DNA of 64,000 bases from Chrysomallon squamiferum. Taxonomy: Eukaryota; Animalia; Mollusca. Below, piece by piece: positions 56,576-64,000 of this stretch (positions are counted from its first letter, which is position 1; each line of letters begins with the position of its first letter). Where the stretch lies: the NCBI GenBank assembly GCA_012295275.1, contig CM022666.1, positions 5,394,001 through 5,458,000 on the forward strand. Reading direction: 5' to 3'. A program made the position numbers and the translations under genes. The notes beneath the pieces were generated by a model, which saw only the letters and a list, made by a program, of their open reading frames with translations, did not search any database and was not told where the DNA came from.

Positions 56576-58056
56576 TCTTCAAAACTGAGCATCAAAACGG
56601 GATGCTAGGAAGCAAGACTGCTGCAAGACTGCTTTGGTCTCGAGGTTTGAAAGAAAAAATGTTAATGTAATAATTGGTGTCCAAGTTTTCAGTTGACAGG
56701 CCGGACTAAATTCCTCGCGTACCCCTGGACTAACTCGTTACCTCTGTTCACGTGTTCGGTAAGTTATAATAACCTATATATAATAGTACTGTCACCGATG
56801 TATAATAATACTATCACATGCCGGGATTTCCAGTAACCAATGACTACGTCAAGGTGTGTGTACCAACAATGAGGGAACTATTATCTGATGTAAATATAGC
56901 TTTCATGAATCCATGCGCAGCCGTATTAACAAGAGTTAAGCACGCGAAATATGATACCTGATATTGTGGTATAGAACAGGCACTGACATGCGCAATTTAG
57001 TCAATGACGTGATAAAGTGGAAGTGTACAGACAAAAAATGTAATATGTAAAGTTATTCAACTGACTGGGTAAAATAAAAAATAAGTTATGTAAACGTGAA
57101 TTGTGGTACATCTACAAAGTCATTTTATGCACACGTACATACTATTATGTATATTTAGTTAATATTCGCAGTTTATTAACTTACTGCACAACTTTATTCA
57201 GAGCAAAGACCAGTTGGAAAAAATCCCAATGATGATGATGAAGATAATGATGATAAATTTAAGCAACAGCAGCACTAATTTCAATAGTAGTACTAGTAGA
57301 AAGAATAATACTAATAATGTTGATTAGTAGCAGTAGTAGTAACTATGATGACGATAGTGATAATAAAATTAATAATAATATTAATATTTATATTATTGAA
57401 ATGCTTCTAAAAAGAAGATTCTTATTGTGATAAAAAAAAAAAAAAAAAATGCTTTAAATAGATTTTACATGAAATTTTACATTTTACTGTATAAAGAACA
57501 CTTAACTTGTATTACTCATTAGAAAGCAGTCGGTGAACATTTAACTTTCATCAGTCAGTTTATATAGAAAATCAATATGTAAATATTTATTCACTGAATA
57601 CAGCACTCATTTATTTTACATAGAACATCCCTAGAACACATTCAGTGTTTGTAGAACATCCACTATACAGATTTACTGAATACAGACCATCAGTAGTACA
57701 TACATTACATATTCACAGTACAAAGAAAAGCCACTATGCATGGAGTATTCATTATCCTTTAACATTAATTATATTTACAACATCCACAGATGTACATGTT
57801 TAGAACATCTACTGTACTTGAGAATCCAATGTACAGTGTACACAGAACATCTGAACAACATCATGTTATACAGGACACAGACTGTAGACTTTCATTGATT
57901 ACTTTATTAATACAATTTTTGATGATGATGTAGACAATAAAATTCTGAAAGATGAGGTTGTCAGTAAAACTCTGAATGATGAAGCTGACAATGAAATTCT
58001 ACATGATGATGTTGGCAATGAAGTTCTATATGATGATGTTAGATGAATTATGTTAA

Positions 58057-58146
<90 letters not shown>

Positions 58147-58244
58147 AAATATATTGATTATAATGAAAAATGTATAGCCTGGATGAAAAGCTCAGCTCTT
58201 GAAAACTGTTATTTATTACTTCTCTGAAACCTTAATCTCAAGAA

Positions 58245-58275
<31 letters not shown>

Positions 58276-58595
58276 CACATTTTTTAAATAGTGCTTTGTG
58301 TTGAAAATGGCGTTCCTGACCTAGTTACTGCTTTGTTAGTCAACCGATATTCATTTGAATTTTCAACAACAACAACAACAAATGTATTTATTTATAACGA
58401 TACTTTTCTGAATCTCTCTACTAGTAATATTTTCAACTACTGACTCACATCTATTTATAGCTTTGATGGAAAGTCCTGTTCCCGGAGAAAGAGAGTATTT
58501 ATTATTAATTCTCGGAAAACGTTAACGTGACAAAAATAAGCCAACATCATAATTTAAATATGTTGTTATTTAAAATACTGGCAACTGTCCAAAGA

Positions 58596-58638
<43 letters not shown>

Positions 58639-59593
58639 TGATAAGGTATATTTAACTGTTTATGTTTTGTACTGTACAAATAGACACTGATATGCGCAGT
58701 TCACTAAGTTCGCATTAAAATGGGTGTGTACAGACAAAAATGTTCATGTTTGCTTCGAGGAGTATCTACAAAGTCATTATATGTAAAACACATACATAGT
58801 ATTAAATAATCGAGTAACTGTTTCACGAGTAATTGTTACATACATACAAACGTTTATTACTGTGATAATTTCACTGCCTGAGTACACACTGTATGAAGAA
58901 CACTTAACTTGTATTATTCGTTATAAATCAATCAGTGAACATTTAACTTTCATCAGTCAATTTACATAGAAAAATGTGATTTGTTACTTCTCGGAAACCT
59001 TAATCTCAAGAAACACACACACCCACACATAGACATAACAATACTTTGTTGAATCCGTCTACTAGTAATATGTTTCCCATAAAACTTCAACTACTGACTT
59101 TGACGAAAAAATAATTTACTAAGAAAAGTAATCATGATTTTATATAGTAATAATAATATAGTCTTGATTATATAGTAATAATATAGCAGTAGTAATAATG
59201 ATGAAGATGATAGTGGTAATAAAGTTAATGATAATTATGATAGTGATAATAAAATTAATAATGATGATAGTGATAATAGTGATAATAAAATTAATAATCA
59301 TAATCTTTACGATTCTGAAATGCTTCTAAAAAGAAAATTCTTATTGTTATAAAACAAAAAAATGCTTTAAACAGATTGCTTATTATGAAAATTTAAATGT
59401 AACGTATATATAAACATTTATTACTCTAATTATGTCAATGCATGAGTACATACTGTATAAAGAAAATCCTTTTTATCTGGATCATCCACTTGTATTATTC
59501 ATTGTAAACTAATCAGTGAACTTTTAACTTTCATCAGTTAATTTATACAGAAAACCAGTAATATTTAAATATTTATTCACTGAATACAGCGCA

Positions 59594-59701
<108 letters not shown>

Positions 59702-59998
59702 ACTTCTATACTGAGCATCAAAAAGGGAAGATAGGAAGCAAGGCTGTTTTGGTCTGGAGATTTAAAGAAAAAAGAAAGTTAATGTAATAACTGGTGTCCA
59801 AGTTTTCAGTTGACAGGCTGGACTAAATTCCTCGCGTACCCCTGAACTACAGCGTGACTTCTGTTCACGTGTTCTGTAAGTGATACTAACCTATATATAA
59901 CAGTACTATCACGTGAGTGGAATTCTACTTATTCAACATACTGGGTAAAAATAATTAAGTTAGGTAAACGTGAATTGTGGTACATCTACAAAGTCATT

Positions 59999-60195
59999 TT
60001 ATACACACGTACATACTATTACACAGAGTTCTTTGTCAAACAACAAGTTGGTTTCTCTGTTCAGAAATTCGTTTAATGTTACAGATACAATGAAACTGAT
60101 GAGTATCAAGTTTAGTACCATAAGAGAAATGGCAATGACAGCAAGAACTGATTTCATTTTGTGTAACAATTTTTAATTCCTTTAGAAGTAATCTG
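59999..60195 (-). pseudogene. 3'-truncated TNF TM exon (copy D fragment)
   Basis: ATG at 60157 reads MKSVLAVIAISLMVLNLILISFIVSVTLNEFLNRETNLLFDKELCV, then runs into unrelated repeat DNA with a stop at 59999-60001. The acceptor and intron 1 sequence upstream resemble copy B. Confidence 0.8.
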
Positions 60196-61499
60196 TAAAA
60201 CACGACCAAAAAAAAAAAAAATTGTTATTAGTAATAAATAATAACAAGATAAATACACACACACGCACACGTACACAGACACAACACACACACACCTATA
60301 TAAAATATTATTTCAGCAATCCAAAAATATACACTTGTACATACACACAAATATAAAAGTTTCAAACAATGGTTATATCAATAAATAAAATAATAAATAT
60401 TACCAAGACAAACTCACACAAAATATACACACGTACATATAGTTCTATGTAATATTCTTACAAAAAAAAAAAAAAGTAAAATAAATAATACCAAGATATA
60501 TTTACATTGATGATGAACCTATGCGATGTCAAAAAAAAGAAGAAAAAAAGCAAAGGTTTCTCTTTTGAAAATGCCAAGTTTGATTTATCAAATTTCACGG
60601 ATGCTTAGTAAACCACTGTATACAAATACTCACCACTGAAATCCAATATGACAGCACAGCGATGTGTACTGGAACAGATAATCCTCCTTGCTATCTGATA
60701 CCACGAAATTTGTTACACACACACACACACACACTCACACACACTCACACACATACATACGCATCCATACCCAGACACACACACATACATATTATTTAAA
60801 ATAAGTTTGATAGTCTAATAGGTTTCTTTGACTACTTGCGAGTGTTTTTGAATAAGTATACATTATCGCTATGTACAGCTTTGTTTTTTCCTCCAAAGAA
60901 CATTTCAGATGTGAAATAAATTCTCATTTTATTCCTCAACTGGGCTATAAATGGATCTTACGTCAGCCGAATTACTAATAGACGGATTTACAAAGTTTGA
61001 ATCCATTATTATTATTAAATAAATAAATTTGTTGTTGTTGTTGTTGTTACTATTGTTGAAAATGAAAATGAACACGAATACCCTTCTTTTTTTTTTTAAT
61101 GTCTAGCTAGGTGGGTTCATTTGCAAGGTAATAGCTTTTATTTTATAAAACGAAAAATATAGAAAAATTAAAATTCAGTTTAAAACACAAAGAAATATGA
61201 AATATTAATTGTTTAGTTAAATAAATAAATAAAGTAAAATACCGTAAAATAAATAAAAAGTGATAAAAAGTAAAGTGAAATAAATAAATTAATTAACAAA
61301 AAATAATAATAAAATGAAATGAAATAAAACAAATACAGTAAAATAAACAAATAAAAATAAAGAAACAAATAAACAAATAAAAATAAAGAAACAAATAAAC
61401 AAATAATTAAATAATTAAATAAATAAATAAATAAATAAAGTTTATAGCAGATGTTTGCTCAATTCATCGATATTACCAGTGAAGGGATTTTTTATGTTT

Positions 61500-61600
61500 G
61501 TCAGGCTTTGAATACTCACAGATCATTTTAGCATATTATTCTTTAGTACGAAGACAGCAAGAAAGTTTTGTTCTTTTCCATATTGGAGCTGTCGACACTG
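61500..61600 (+). pseudogene. Inverted, more eroded TNF homology domain fragment
   Basis: VRRQQESFVLFHIGAV, in the same flanking module as the two fragments above. Confidence 0.55.
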
Positions 61601-62289
61601 CATAGACACATAGACATATATTACATACATTTTATAACCTTAAATTAAATAAAAATATTTATTATTATCTCAGGTATATTCTGTTATTAAGTTGATAAAG
61701 TTATGTCACCCGTATTACTAACAGACAGATCGAGAAATTACGAATGCATTATCATTGTTATAAATAAATAAATCTGATGTTGTGGTTGTTGTTATTGTTG
61801 CCTCTAATGTATAGAGTTACTTCTGTTCACGTGTTTGGTAAATTTTACTAAGTGATATAATACTACTATCACATGCTGAGATTTTTAACCTACGAACTTT
61901 TTGACATTGGAGAATGCGCTGGAAGTCATCCACTGCCAATCCCACGGAAAAACATATAAAGAAGAGAGTGGTGTGTAGGATTGTCAAAAACATCGTAGTG
62001 AAAATAATAGTGGCGCCGGCATTCATGTAAGCAGTCAACAAAAAAATGCTATAAATTGATTGTTCATTATAAAAATTGTACATCATTTTCCTTACCGAAA
62101 CAGAAAATTAAGTTTCCGAGAAACTGGGTTTTTTCCGATGACGCGGTGTACTTCAAATCACATTTTGATTGGTCGCGATTGTAAGAAAAAAAGAAAAAAA
62201 AAGTTACATAGTGTTCACAAATAAACTTCGTGCATTTATTACTTGTTTTTATTGTTGTACTTCTCGTTATTATTAATATTACGATTGCT

Positions 62290-62376
<87 letters not shown>

Positions 62377-62661
62377 CCGGTGAAAGTAAATTATAAAAAC
62401 AGATTATTAAAATTTAAACAAATATAACAAAAAATATTACTTCTATTAGTGTCTTAAAGGTTATTAAACACACTCAGTTGTGTACAAATATAATTTGCGT
62501 TCTCACATCAACACAACTCAGACAAAAGCACTAACAATTATAAAATTATATTTGATAAAACCTTTTCTCATAATTGGTTAAATTCTTTCTTTTTCTACCT
62601 TCTTTTTTTTTCTTCTCTATTTTTTCTTTCTATTATTCCATCATCTCTATTTTTCATGTCT

Positions 62662-62751
<90 letters not shown>

Positions 62752-64000
62752 GTTGATTCAGTGGCTGGAAAAAAAGTAACAATTTTTAGATAACAAAATG
62801 TATGGATTTATAGAGTATTAAAAACATAAAAAACAACAACACACAAACAAACAAAAACCAAAAAAAAAAAAAAAAAAAACAATAATAACGAAAAAACAAT
62901 ACAATACAAGCAAGTCACTCACACACACAAACGCACGCACACGCACGCACACACACAAACGCACACTAATCTATTAAATTTGTTTCGCTTTGTTCAGTTT
63001 GCCGTGAGTTGTTTTTATGACAGAAACTAGACTACGTCAAGTACATGTGATGTACGTGCAAGAACAGAAACAAAGAAAGGAAAACTTAACAACTGACTAT
63101 TAACTAGTCACTATTCAATAGTCTAACCCTAAATAAATTATAAAGAATTTAATCCAGAACATCTACATTATCTAATTTCAAATGTCCTAATACACTCCAG
63201 CTATGCACTACAGTATATATCTACACAAGATCCACGAAGGAGCACAGTTATAAAAATTGGATTATTCCCTGACAGAAAAAAAAACCTATTTATTTGTATT
63301 CGTTTATGTTTATAATCGTTTCAGTTGTTGAACGTGTTTATTTGGACTAGAGATGACAGTGATCGCGTTATTGAAGCAGGTTGTGAAATAAGAGATTGGG
63401 ACAAACACACGTTAGGTAACTCGAGAACTCGTGGCCCTGCATTCTGTATTACTAGGAAACATTTAGTAAACAGCTATTTATAAACACTGCTCAGGTAGAA
63501 ACTACTTTTAAAGATAACGAGTGTACTGGGGATTTTAAAAGTTTTCCAGTGAGCTACCATTTTGTTATTGTCCGGGTTTTTAGACAGCAAATCAAACAGT
63601 CAAGGACGACTGCACAACTATTAAAACTGAATCATGATATTTGTCTGTCTGTCTGCATGTATGTAGGTGTGTGTGTAATTATATATATGTGAGTGTGTGT
63701 ATGATTACGTAGAAATAGTAGCAGCAAAAGTAATAATGACGATGATGATCGTGATAATGAAATTTTATAATTATCATAAGATTTATGATTCTGAAGTGCA
63801 TATACATTGCGTATTCACTGTACAAAGAAAAGCCACTATGCATGGAGTATTCATTATCATTTAACATTAATTATATTTACAACATCCACAGATGTACATG
63901 TTTAGAATACAAAGAAAATCCTTTTTGAGTGGAACATCCACTTAACTTGTATTATTCCTTATAAACCAATCAGTGAACATTTAACTTTCATCAGTCAATT

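Overview
AT-rich, microsatellite-dense animal genomic DNA; an invertebrate, probably a mollusc (inferred from the TNF stalk type). It has one 200-N scaffold gap (12007-12206). The core is a tandem cluster of minus-strand TNF-superfamily (TRAIL-like) ligand genes, reconstructed here by hand from splice sites. Copy A (CDS 5856->4134) and copy C (39186->37274) are intact, with 4 coding exons (261+37+108+389 nt) giving 264-aa type II membrane ligands. Copy B (16212->14284) has an intact TNF domain but a frameshifted 5' half and a lost splice donor. All three share a non-coding exon 1 and a TATA/CCAAT promoter. At least six further TNF fragments lie in 43-62 kb, three of them inverted. The intergenic DNA is a mosaic of locally reshuffled duplicated modules, Mutator (MULE) relics, a Gypsy LTR/PBS/gag relic, hAT-like MITEs and several minisatellites. 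It also holds orphan exons from unrelated genes: an SLC1/EAAT transporter, a possible TIR/IL-1R-type receptor, and unidentified ones. The picture is an immune-ligand locus under birth-and-death evolution inside an exon-shuffling hotspot. No prokaryotic systems, CRISPR arrays or RNA genes are supported.
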